A DNA stretch of 63,694 bases, counting the filler, from Choristocarpus tenellus KU-1152 (Eukaryota; Protista; Phaeophyceae), in NCBI GenBank assembly GCA_964200185.2. It is 13 parts of 13 records of this genome, joined end to end, with 100 filler letters (N's around TTAATTAATTAA, not from the genome) between each part and the next. Parts side by side here need not be neighbours in the genome. Positions count along the whole stretch, not along the records: positions 34,961 to 42,315 come from CAXNAD020006280.1; positions 42,416 to 48,895 come from CAXNAD020008049.1; 11 more parts are not named here. One strand, given 5' to 3'. Positions within the stretch are counted from its first letter, which is position 1; each line of letters starts with the position of its first letter. A program made the position numbers and the translations under genes. Below, one piece after another: positions 37,200 to 48,995 of the stretch. Below the pieces are notes generated by a model. The model saw only the letters and a list, made by a program, of their open reading frames with translations, did no database searches and was not told the origin of the DNA.

Positions 37200-37640
37200 G
37201 CTGGGAACATTAATACAGGAAGATTTGATGTTGTATGGACAGTTGTGATTGCATATGGGGTTGTCAGGGGGTACAAGATGGTCATGTTAGACAAAATTTG
37301 ACATTATATGGACATTCTCCACTCTCCGATACGAAAATGGAAACATTGAAATGTGTATGTAGTTCAATTTTTTTTGTTGTGCATGCTTTCCTTCGCACAT
37401 GCTATTTACAGTTGACTTGTGGGTGGCACACCCTCTATTACGTCCGGATCAATGATGTGCTTCTTGCCGATAATCTTGTCATGGCTACGAACCATGTGAT
37501 ATCTTGATAATATTATTCTCACAGACTTTCCAAGGCCAAGTCAAAGTATCTTCAGTACTTTTTTTCAAAGTGTTGTCAGGAATTGTTCCTATCCTCATTG
37601 ATCAAGCACACCACATCAGAAAGACTAAGGAAAAGCATGC
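37200..37640 (+). mobile_element. Possible Copia RT remnant
   Basis: TLYYVRINDVLLA resembles L.VYVDD.LLA; downstream ILIDQAHHIRK resembles L.Q..YI.K. Confidence 0.4.
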
Positions 37641-38373
37641 AGGAGAGAAAGCCAACGCGGTTGGGGGGGCATGATAGGATTGTAGTGGCATGACACATGT
37701 TGCACGTAGTAGGCGGAGTGAAGAGGGAGGATTATTAATACCTTATCCAGAGTGGTGTTTTCACCCGAGGGTTCTTCACAGCAGAAGGATCAATGGTCTC
37801 CCTGATTACTTTCATTGTCGCCAGTTCCTTGAGCATGGCATCCCCTATCCTTGCGCATACCTTGAGTGCACCTCAGTTGATGTTGTGCTCGAAACCCCAT
37901 TCAGAAATGCTGGGACTGTGGATATTTTTCCTGTCGAAACCAATGCCAGGGATGTGAGGGGGAACAATAGATACCATGCCCAAGCACCTTTGGCGAGCGT
38001 GTGAAATATTGAGGTACGGCTTGATCTGTTACAATATTTTCTATACTTGAGCGTCTCGTGATGAGTAGACTTTGTTCTCTAGTAACACCTCTCTTAGAGC
38101 TGTTACCAAGGAGTCAAACTTCTTTATATTCTTGTCTAACAGTCATTTCCCTTTTTTGTCTTTCTGAGTATAGCGGCGGCCTCCCTTCCCCTTGACTTGC
38201 CGAACTCATCAATGACAAGAAAATAGAGATTGTTCAGGAAACCTCTCATTCTGATGGACTTCCAATCGCATAGGGACTCCCCCTTCGATTTTCGTCCCCT
38301 TGCTGGCGCTCCAACACTTGAACATAAATGTTACAGTACACTTGTTAGTGATGGGAAATAGTAGTTCGTAGTA

Positions 38374-38378
38374 CCACC

Positions 38379-38431
<53 letters not shown>
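38374..38431. repeat. (CAC)n/(TAC)n compound microsatellite
   Basis: Direct observation. Confidence 0.95.
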
Positions 38432-38996
38432 ATCGTCATCCATTTATCCAATACTACTACATATTACGGAATATACTCGTACATACTACATGCGAGGCAT
38501 TGTTTAGTCTGGCCATTGTCGCTACGCCAAGACATGCAATCGTTCTCGTCCTCAGTCACATGTACATTTTTTTGTTTCCATTCATTCCTGTATATTATGT
38601 CAAAAAAATTACAGCGATCGATCAGGTACTACTTTCGTGATCTGATTGCCTCCTTCCAGTACCACTACTACCTAATCTACATCCCCATCCATGGATACTG
38701 CTTGGTCTTTCCTCTTTCGTTGAAAATGTTTTCGAAATCTTCGACCCCAAATATATTAACAAACAATTGTACTGCTACAAAAACACGCTTCTCCAACATA
38801 GACTAAGCCGCTAAGAACTGAGTCACATTAGTCACTCCTTGACCTGTGCATGACAACCCTTTCTTCAAATTCACACACCCTGTAAGAGGTAGGAAAGTGT
38901 GGGGGCATCCACGTGCCTATGGTGGATCAAGTCCATACACTACGGCACCAAGGTGCAACTAAGTCCAACCTCCGTATCACTTTGTTGTCAGAACAG

Positions 38997-39219
38997 ACAA
39001 CTTCTACCAGCTACGACCACAAGGAAATGGCCGGCTTGGGAGCAGAGTGGAATAACAAATACGACGTGCTCATGGACAATCACAGCTATGATGACGGTGA
39101 TGATAACTCTGGTGGTATAGTCGGGAAGGAACAGATCCTGGGGGTGAGGAGGAGACATAAGGCCATGGAAGACAGCGAAAGAGACAGAAAGAGGCTGCTG
39201 TCAAGTGCCAGAGTAATAT
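38997..39219 (+). CDS. Probable internal exon, unknown product
   Basis: tttgttgtcagaacAG|TTSTSYDHKEMAGLGAEWNNKYDVLMDNHSYDDGDDNSGG...RKRLLSSARVI|GTAAGT; open, coding-like composition. Confidence 0.55.
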
Positions 39220-39227
39220 GTAAGTAT

Positions 39228-39485
39228 GAGTCAAAGTATCATAGAGGGTAGGGCCGCATCCGTTTGGGGCACAAAATCCAATGTTGCAATTTTGATGTAA
39301 TTTTGGCTATTGTGTTTGTTAGGAAGTGTCAATATCCTTGTTCTAGACACACCTTTTCATAACGTATCCATTTTACCTAATCTGAAACATTTTGGAGTAG
39401 GAAAATGTCTCAAAAAACCCGCGGGAAGTCAAGCCCCAAATGGACAAACAGGGCAAACCTCGTACCCTCTAAGATACTTTCACTC
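39228..39485. mobile_element. MITE family A, full copy, TSD TAT/TAC
   Basis: GAGTCAAAGTATCaTAGAGGGTA ... TACCCTCTAAGATACTTTCACTC. Confidence 0.9.
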
Positions 39486-40379
39486 TACAATCATCATCAG
39501 TTCTTGTGATTCACAAAAGATCAGTACTTACAGTACTACGCAATGATAATCATTGAACTATGAATGATTAGGAGTAGTGCTGTTGATAACCACAAGAACA
39601 CTAGAAGAAGGGGGGGAGGAGAAAAGGATGAAATGCAACCCATATTTACAACGTGTGTACAGCTGTCGCTGTTTGCAGTGGTATTGCTAGTAGCAGTAGT
39701 AATGATAAATAAAACAAAACGTGTTCACATATATAGAGTTGCAAAAAAACATAGGGAAAAATAAAGGCATCATCGTCACTGGAAGAGGTAGGTACATGCC
39801 TTAAAATGCAAACAAACCGCGTTCATGTGGACAACATGGTGCCAGATTGGGCCTTACTGTAATAATTACAACACCAACACAAATTATACCATGCATAAAT
39901 AAATTCCGATTAGGTTCCCTCCCACACATCTGAATATAAAAATTCAAGTTCTAAGAAATATCTCACTCTGGATTTGAATGGGTCACCCCGAATTATAAAG
40001 ATACCTTGTCCTATATACCAATAACTCTGAACGTGAAAGACATTATGTTCTATGTAAGAGATTATGATATGTGGGTAATACGATATCTGACCCAGGGAGA
40101 TAGGTTAGGAGTATGTTTGACAGAGATCTGTATCGGCATCCAGCACAATTTACTTATACGATAGGTTGCGTAGTTAGATTATTCTGCTTGTGTACCTGAT
40201 GCAATACCGAATATATTGATTGATTGGTGTCCAGTGGTTAGTGTTCTGTTCTAGATATGCTTCTCATACCGAAGACATGTTAGTGTGTGATTCATAAGAG
40301 ATCACAAATCCCTTGTAACTCCAACATTATATGCCCACATCAATCACATATTTTCCTCTGCCAAGGCACATGACTGATC

Positions 40380-42250
40380 ATCTCTACAGCAGGTCTGGTG
40401 TAGAATTCTTCAATATGAAACAAGTTCGTCTTCCAAACAGAAGGGAAAGCGAGGCTTCGTGCAATTTTTTCACTTAAAGCTTGTCATGGGCTAACTGTAC
40501 CAAACGGCAGTAGTAATTCCCAGCTACCCTCAGCAACAGAGGTACACACATTTCCTAGCACAGAATACAACATAGCATGTGCTCTCTAACACATAAATTT
40601 TCTTGCGGGTGACGTAGTGGCTTTGGTTTTATTGAAACCGAAGGCAGATTGTTATCCATAACGATACAGTTATATAATGATACATGACCAGTGTGTCGTA
40701 ACTCAGGTGGTCCGAGAACTCAAATACATATTCAACCAGCATGCTATCATAGCAATTATTGCTACCTCTTTGTGTGGAACAGGGCAAAGTACAACACAAC
40801 AATTATGTGGTGGTCAATGACTAAAAAAACGTATGAGCACACGACACTATTCACTGCAGGGGAACGTGCTTTATATTCTAAAAAGTCGATATCAACTCTT
40901 TGAAATGGTATGTGAGAGTGTATGTGGCCAGTTGGAAGAGCAGCTTTGATATGAGCAACCTTGAACCATTGGCATCAATGGCAATCACAGCATTATCAAA
41001 GGAGATCAATATCGAATGTTGGTCACCATTGCGAGTTTCCAACTTCATCAAACAGGGAATAAAAGCATAAGTGACCTCCAAACAATCATGATCATGGCAA
41101 CTTTGGAGTACAGTATGCCAATATGAAGGGAAAAATACAACATAGACACAGTCATTTCCTTGTCGGGGGGAGAAGGCAAGATGGGTGATTATAAATGGCT
41201 GAAGTAGGATTTAAACTCGGATTCCTGCTCCTTGCACAATTGATGTAGGTTTATTGTAGGAAATACAGCTGTGAGACTAGTGAATATAGTGAATAGTTCA
41301 CGATCACTTTTAGTCCGGGAGTTATTTGTTCAAGGTTAGAATTAGATAATGCATATTATTTTATTTGGAAACGTGTGGTATATAACGGTTACCACTGGGT
41401 GCATTACAACGGATGGGTGCTAGCATTGGAACGACGGATATCTCTTTTCCCCCAAACTTTAAATTACGACATGGGTGTCAGTTGTAACGCTCACCTTACC
41501 AGAATTCATTTGACAGTGAAGTCATAAGCCTTAGGTGCAATGGCCCAACTAGTATACCTGTTATTGGTATCCTGCGCTCTGTACGAGTAACGCAATACTG
41601 CATGGATCTGCATGTTAATACATAAGGTACTATCTTTATCCCTGTAATACATGGATACAGTGCAGTATCATCACCCTTCCACACATCTTCAAACCTCATC
41701 ATGGGGCATAAAAAATGTGTGTATGACTACAATGAGCTTATCCAAAGAATATTTTCCGAACAATCCATTTGGTGATAGAAGAAGGTACTTGGAGGTTTTG
41801 AACGTTTAGCTTTGATGTTCATCCATAGGACTTACAACTCCGCAGACCTATCGTACACATCGAACTTTGACCATGCTCAAATGCTTCGAGTCTTCCTTGC
41901 ACCTGTGCCCTGATTTTCTGTGTGGTACAGGACTTACGTCTGTGGACCGGGTGACAAGCGTTAGGAAGTGTGAGGCTGAATACCATCTTCTCTGTTCCAG
42001 GGACAAATCAAAGCATTTTATCATTTTGAATCATCATGTTGAAGTTCATAACGTGAAAGGAATGCAAGTGCTTGGTTACTACATGGAGTATTCCAAGATG
42101 TGTAGTAACATTTCTGCGCAGGTCAATAGCAAGGGGGTGGGGTGTTGCCGACTCTTGTTTAATTCAATAAACGAGAAAGCTACGCCATAACAACATTTTG
42201 AACTTTTAGTTTTCACAAACCTAACTCGTAGTACAACATTATAGCTCAAT
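40380..42250 (-). mobile_element. Decayed Gypsy pol (RT-RNase H-integrase), same family as 48996-50945
   Basis: 41210-41290 is similar to 49593-49680 at DNA level; minus-strand pieces ...LPTGHIHSHIPFQRVDIDF and SWAIAPKAYDFTVK. Confidence 0.7.
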
Positions 42251-42293
42251 ATCGAATTAAACAATGCGAATACCTTGTTGTACAGTGCAAGGT

Positions 42294-42315
42294 GACCCAA
42301 AGTATCTGGGGGGGG
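42294..42315. mobile_element. Left end of MITE family B at contig end
   Basis: GACCCAAAGTATCTGGGGGGGG. Confidence 0.65.
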
Positions 42316-43269
42316 NNNNNNNNNNNNNNNNNNNNNNNNNNNNNNNNNNNNNNNNNNNNTTAATTAATTAANNNNNNNNNNNNNNNNNNNNNNNNNNNNN
42401 NNNNNNNNNNNNNNNCCCCCCCCACCCTTCAACCCCACTCAAGTTACCACTCCCCCCAACCCCACAGCAGTTACCACTCCACTCACCCCACACCACTCAA
42501 CACCACTCCACAATCATCCAAGAAGACCCCTTCATCATCCACTTCATACTGTGCCTTTGAGCTAGAAGACATCTACCCCACCCAAACTTGACCTCTCCCC
42601 AGTTTTCCCAGTTTTCCCGTCGGTTGTGAGCAAGCAACAGGGTGGGTGTGTGGGAAAGCTTGCTCGGAGGTTGTCTTGTTCTCGCCCTCCTCGACTTGTA
42701 CCCCTGGTCCTCAGCCCTCTTATCAGATTCTGACCATTACTTTTCCCTTCCTTCTTCCACCACTCATTTCTTTAACTTCTCTCCCCCCTCTCTTAGCCAA
42801 TCCTTAACTATTCGTTCCCTTCTTCCTTCTTATTCTTTTCTCTGCACCTTCCCCTGTTGTCCTGTGCCCCCAACCAACCAGAATTCTTCTGCCCACAAAA
42901 CTCAGATTACTTCATAAACTTTCCCTGTCGACTTTTCCCCTAACACATCTACAAAATGTCCCACGCTATAAAAATATAAATAGTAGCAGCCACTCTCCTA
43001 CTGTTAATATTGTTACTAAAATACTATTACAACTATTCTCCTACTTTCATAATTTCAGCATAAATGTAATTCTTTTTTCTTCCACTCACATAAACTAGCA
43101 TTTTCAGGGAAACACTATACTTCCTTCGCACGAGCGCGCGCTGTAAAATCATACCCATTTGAATGGTCCATCTCCAACCTCAACAACTCGCAAGGAAATC
43201 TACATTCCATACCATCAACAATGTAGTTGACTGTTTGGCACTATATGCAACTCTGCCTGCATTCATTGC

Positions 43270-43865
43270 TCCCAGTGCGATACGAGTGTTGACTTATATA
43301 TCCCGTCACCAATGTTATTGGCTGATTAGAAGGTTGTCTAAGGTGAACAGTTCTCACCCCTCATCTCACTGCATATGACCCAGTATCATTCTCATGTTGT
43401 CCATTTCGAGTGGCAGGAAGTAGGTTGCAAGAGTAGCTTTTGTCGGAACGAAAGCCTATAAATTACACCTCGTTGAAAAGATCGCAGCCAGAGAGGAACA
43501 AGATCGCATTGGGAACAATGGCGGAGAACAAAGTGGCTTAAGAGAGTGCCAGACTGTCAAACCAGAACAAATGGCCATTCTACTCTGTTACGCCACTCTG
43601 TTCTCATTCATTGATCCCAGTGCGATCGTGTCCCGTTGTAGCTGTAACCTTTGAGAAGAGGTGGAATTTGTAAGTTTTCGTCCTGACTATAATTACTTTT
43701 CCAACCATCTCCCTGGAACTGGAAACGGACAACACGAGGTTGCCATTGAAGGTGTGTAAGTGAAAACACAAGTGGAAGGGAGTAGCTTAATCGGATCTTA
43801 CAGTGCCTGCAAACATTTGTTGACAGAAGCTGGGAAAATGTGGAATCCACGTTCTTATCGACAGA
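43270..43865. repeat. Diverged ~600-bp fold-back palindrome centred near 43562
   Basis: Paired blocks: GATCGCAtTGGGAaCAATG / CATTGaTCCCAgTGCGATC; GTCgGaACGAAAgCcTAtAAATTaCACC / GGTGGAATTTGTAAGTTTTCGTCCTGAC; TGTTGTCCaTTTCgAGT / ACTGGAAACGGACAACA; weaker outer blocks. Confidence 0.8.
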
Positions 43866-44269
43866 AGTACTAGAATTGAGGTGGGAATGTCTTCTGGTCT
43901 GTGCCAATAATGCTGTTTTTGTGTGACTTCTGTCTCAGGCATACATGTGTCACATGAAGCAAAGCTCGTGATATTTCATCTTTATATCTTACTTCGCTCT
44001 AAGTATTCTTGTTGAAAAAACAAAATCCACGAGCATCTCACTTGAAATGTTTTTGATCCACCGTTTTTTTTAATGAAATTTCACCTACGTAAAGATGTTG
44101 ACAATTCTCTTCAGTTGTTACATGTTACTGTGGCTAGCAAGAAGATATGAATCCATTATATACAGAATGTCGTAGGCCAAGATCTTGCTTCCACATAAGT
44201 TCACTGACACCCTCATATTGTCATTTGGGAGTTAAATGAAGGTGGCAAAACTAGTTTTTGGTACGATAA

Positions 44270-44500
44270 ACACCTACAAGTAATACCTGACCTGAAAAGT
44301 CCCAGTACGAGAGAGAAACGATTAGATTGGGAACAATGAGTGCGAACAAGGTAGCATAACAGAGTGCCAGACTGTCAAACATGCACACATACATGGCTGC
44401 TCTACTCTGTTACGCCACTCTGTTGGCGATCATTATTCCCAGTTTGTTCTTGTTCCTCTGTAGGAGCTTGCTCTTGAAAGAGGTGTAATTTGAAGTTTGT
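44270..44500. repeat. Second copy of the same fold-back core
   Basis: TTGGGAACAATG...AGAGTGCCAGACTGTCAAAC...TCTACTCTGTTACGCCACTCTGTT...TCCCAGT shared with 43509-43621. Confidence 0.8.
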
Positions 44501-44699
44501 TGGCTTTCCCCTTCCATGAACCACTTTTTCTATTTTTACTGAAGTAGAAATTTATACCATTTGAATGTCGCTGAAGGTATAAAATATGATGACACGATTT
44601 ACTGTAGTGGTGGGTTGATAATCCCTCCAGAACAATGTTGATAATATTTTTGTCTATCGGTGCTCAACCTTAGCTTCATCCATTGCTGTACTATTTCAC

Positions 44700-46380
44700 A
44701 TCACCGACACAAGTTACTACCAGGTGCTTGAACCAGTTCCTTCTTCACACTTCAAATCCTTGCTCACCTCTACCCCCTGAGAGGTTGTATCTGAATTTGT
44801 TTTTGCTCATTAAATCCTAGATTCATTTTGTTACCTACCCATGGAGGTAAATTTGCTAATAAACACATGACATACGAGTTGCTTTGTCAAATTATATTTT
44901 TCATTCCCCTGCACAGATCTCTATTGGGTAGCACACAAGTTGACACTGCATCTTGTGTCCTTACTCCCTTTCTCAATGTTTTGATTACTTTGTTCATCCC
45001 TACACTTCTGCAGTTTAAAGTGCAATTTCAGATGGTCATGTTTACCTCTGGGTCATCAGACAGAGCTCTCAAGATGACCCTTCACTACAACATGAGAGTT
45101 GATGTCTTTGTATTTTCTACAGGACCAGAAAGAAGTGTTGGTCAATATTGTTCTTTGGTAGTCTTGAGGACCTCAGCCCTCCTCCTGGTGTGCAGGAGAG
45201 CCAAGTTGAGTTACTGTCAGTATTTTGTGCGAAGTTGTGTCAGGAAAGCTCAATTGAGGACCTTCCTCCAGGTCAGTTTGTACTCACAATGCATGTGATT
45301 ATTGATGACTTGCAGTGGAGGCTGTCCTATGAATGAGTTTTAACTTTGTAGATGATCTTCCAGGCAAGGAGTGCACCCTTCATGAACTACTGTGAGGCAA
45401 CTCCAAAAGTCCCCTTTTGGGGAGGCTGAGTAATCCCTACACAAGCTTTCCCAGTTTATGCTCCTTGAACAATTAAAAACATCCCATCAGACATCCAAGG
45501 AAACACGAACACATATCCATTGGATATTTCTGCACTCCTTTGACTGCATGTTGTGCACTCAATCACATTATCACCGTGAGAAATGCAATATAAGTCTCAC
45601 TGTGTCAATCGAGACCGCCCATAAATTCAATTCAAAATCTCTGTGGCAAACACTCTTGGGATTGATAGTCCAATGCAAACCAAAGGACGTTCTGTACAAA
45701 TGAAAATCCATGTTATTTATTGGCTAGGTACTTCCGTCTCATTGAATACCCAATACTTTGACAGACGTCACATGCAACCACCACTTGATCTTCCAGTCCT
45801 CCTGAAGAGTATGTGGGGTAACTGCTGGTGATAATCGTGGGCTTGTATTGAGCAGGTATTGCGGAAGTAGTTACCTACCTACCCAAACTATCTGGGGGGG
45901 TGGGGGGAGTCTACCCGAGGGTGTCCATTTTGGACCAAAATCGAGAAAAAGTGCATTCGCATTATCCATCCGACGTATGGCAGCCGAATCACCCAAAAAT
46001 CGTGATGTGAAAAAATTGATCCCAAATGGACAGTCGCCACCCCCTCCTAGATACTTTGAGCCACCCTGGGACACTTCGTCTCTTTGTAAATGTTTGAGTG
46101 GAACCATCCTCTCTGTGAATGAGACTCTGCTTCTTGTCTTGAGGTTCCACTGCAGTTCAAGTTGCATGAGTTCTCACCAAGAGGTTGTACCTCCCCTTCA
46201 CAGTGCTGATGTAGACAGTAGTGTTGTTCCAGATATGAGTAAAGATCAGATCGACCACATTTTTTTTGTTCTTGTCTCAATTGTTCTGAACTTACATTAG
46301 CCTTCAGGGAGATACAGGAATGAGGTTCTTGGACCAGCTCATTGGTTAGATACTTTTTAGGAAGCGCTGTTTTCACCAAG
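44700..46380 (-). mobile_element. Possible decayed Copia protease/integrase region, interrupted by a MITE
   Basis: Minus-strand fragments VVACDVC (gag-pre-integrase CxxC), WAVSIDTV and DVFNC (WA.A..TA, VFGC); many stops. Confidence 0.4.
45880..46062. mobile_element. MITE family B2, TSD ACC; diverged reverse copy at 52982-53161
   Basis: tACCCAAAcTATCTGGGGGGG ... CCTAGATACTTTGAGCC; flanks acc|...|acc. Confidence 0.75.
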
Positions 46381-47969
46381 AAAGACTGTGAAGTATCTAT
46401 ATGCTGAGCACAACAAATTTCAGATTACACAGAAGATAAAACACAGGATTTCTGTTGATGATGCATATGGTGAGAGGACTGTTCTTCGAGTCAAAGGAGA
46501 TGCAGCATACTAGGTTCATGCCCAAGCTGGGATCGATCAAGAAATACGACTTACAAGCTTCCAAAGAATTCCTTAGCCTTGACCAGTTAGGGTTGCTCAC
46601 AAAGTTGGCAATGAGGAGGGTAAAAAGACCCTTTCCTTACAGTAGTGGTTGCATTATTTGCAGGCCTCATACGCAGCAACTGTGACACCCATTAATGGAA
46701 TACTAATTTGGGTTGAACAGTACCAACAATGATCCCTCTCCTGGTCATCACTTTCTATCACAGTTGTCGTTCTCAACTACTTCAAATGAGGTAGAAAAAA
46801 CAAGATTATGTTTGATAGTATCTGTAAGTAAAAATAAATGTTATCATGTTGCTGTTAGATTTCCTCATTTATTTTGTAGAATATTCAGCCATCTTGACAA
46901 ATTAGGAATTATACCCTATAGATCAGATAACGTTACTACTAAATAACAGTAGCAATAATAATAAAAATAATCTGAAGTAAATAGTACGTAGTAATAATGG
47001 ATTTTAACTCAGTCAACCGAGAGAGACATTATCCCTCGCATTGGTATATTCATCAGACTGTTGTTTTTCTTTTCAGACTGATTACCTGCTTCCTTGGTAT
47101 GAGACGATGCATTGAGTGGAGTACAGCACACAGCGTAGAGAGTCACAACCACGATTCTGAAACCATTATCATGAGTTAGTTGGAAGATTCCACTGACCTC
47201 AGCCTTCAATGTTAAATGCGTGAGGTCGCACTTTTCCCCTGCCTATTATGTAATACCCATACATGGTACAGGGTTGGGCCAAACCGTCGAAGGTAGGTAG
47301 GTTTAGGACCTGTTTGCACTCAAAGCATTCGTTCTTACCTTGTACATTACGCAATATGTTATCGTCATACTTCCACATACACGAATGTTTAAATATATGC
47401 CCTCTGACCTTTTCCAGATTTATAAGGGAAAAAGCCAAACCAATGTGACAAGCACCCCTCCCTGTAAAAGTAACGGTTGCCATGAATGTGGAAGAGATCT
47501 CTCCAATATGTTTTTTCTGTTTGAATATCACCTGCACTACAAAGTCCCCTTTAAGGTTGGTTATTACAATGTATGTATACATTACTCCTATCTATAGGCA
47601 TAGTATGCCTCCAACCCAAATTAGCCCTACACAACTCAGCAAGGAGATATGGAAGTATACTAACAATCTGACAAATCCCTTCTGGTCTACCTGCCTCTAG
47701 TCTAGCTTGAAATGCATGATACGGAGTGCATAAATTTCCTGATGCACGAACAGCAGGCTTTTTTGGTGCGTACTTAGCTTCAATATATTAGCAAATAACC
47801 GAAAAAACGACTTCAACTGTCAGTGAACAAAACGAAAGAGGGAATTTCCACACCTTGGTAGGTGGCCAAAAGTATCCTTCGTGGGGGATTTTTCCATAGC
47901 CTACTCGCCAGTAGTGTGTAAATTGGGTTTTGTTTTAGTGGGTGGTATGATGGGAATAAGGATGAACTT

Positions 47970-48184
47970 CAGCCAAAGTAAATGACAGGTACCCAGGTTG
48001 CATTTTGAAGATGCTGGAAAACACGTACAAAATTCATCTTTTTTTACAAATCGTGTCGAAAACTTGAAACAAGAAAAATCAACCCCATCAAGTCGAACTT
48101 AGCACTTCATCCACAGAAATATGGGAAAACTCACTTCAAATGCAAATCGGACAAAAACTGAGTACCTCTCGTTTAATTAGGCTC
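47970..48184. mobile_element. MITE family D
   Basis: cAGcCAAAGTAAAtGAcAGGTACCCAG ... CTGaGTACCTCTCGTTTAaTTaGGCTC; flanks actt/actg. Confidence 0.75.
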
Positions 48185-48758
48185 ACTGTCAATGATATAT
48201 GATATATAGGGGATTCATTGTACCGTTATGTCATTACACCATTCCACTGACCTCTACTTCCTTACTAGACGGAAGCCATAAATTTTCAGGCAGTAGGGGG
48301 TCAGGTTGTCCACTAAACACCTCCAATTGAAAACACTACTCCTTCCTGCTGTCTAAAGGACAAAATAAAACTACTATGAAGTACTATATACAATAACCAA
48401 TACAAAATTCATCAAGAAATCCCCTTGATATTTCACCTACACATTACAAAGTAGTGAGTTCAGTGGTATCATACATTCTCTACACGTGATAGCACTACTA
48501 TTTATTTTGTTGTATGCCAGATGAGTGCAAATATATATTTCAAAACTTCTCGTATACTAATCAAGGTCCCAGTAGGTGAAGCAAAGGTTGATGACATCAT
48601 CAAAATTACGTTTGTGGTGATTGCTTGGACTCTGTTCCCCCACAAACAGTAAAATTTCAATCCATCAAGCAAGGTTCTCATTTAGGGGTATTGTAGGGTT
48701 TACTGCCTTCCTTAACGAAAGAGCATGGTCCACACTCACATGCATAATACTGTCCAAG

Positions 48759-48895
48759 GGGTCAAAGTATCTGGGGGGGGTGGGGGGTGGTTTGTGATGG
48801 GGCGTCCGTTTCGGTCAAACAACTTTTTTTTTGCTGGCATTTCAAATCCGACACATGCGACCAAATCACACCAAAAAAGGGAAAATCGAAAAAAG
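48759..48895. mobile_element. MITE family B, truncated by contig end
   Basis: GGGTCAAAGTATCTGGGGGGGTGGGGGG...; reverse complement of most of 62324-62436. Confidence 0.85.
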
Positions 48896-48995
48896 NNNNN
48901 NNNNNNNNNNNNNNNNNNNNNNNNNNNNNNNNNNNNNNNTTAATTAATTAANNNNNNNNNNNNNNNNNNNNNNNNNNNNNNNNNNNNNNNNNNNN

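Noticed and set aside
44828-46300. ORFs 44828-45298 (156 aa) and 45848-46300 (150 aa) as genes
   Set aside because: They are antisense to TE debris or run through a MITE, with no domain or splice support.
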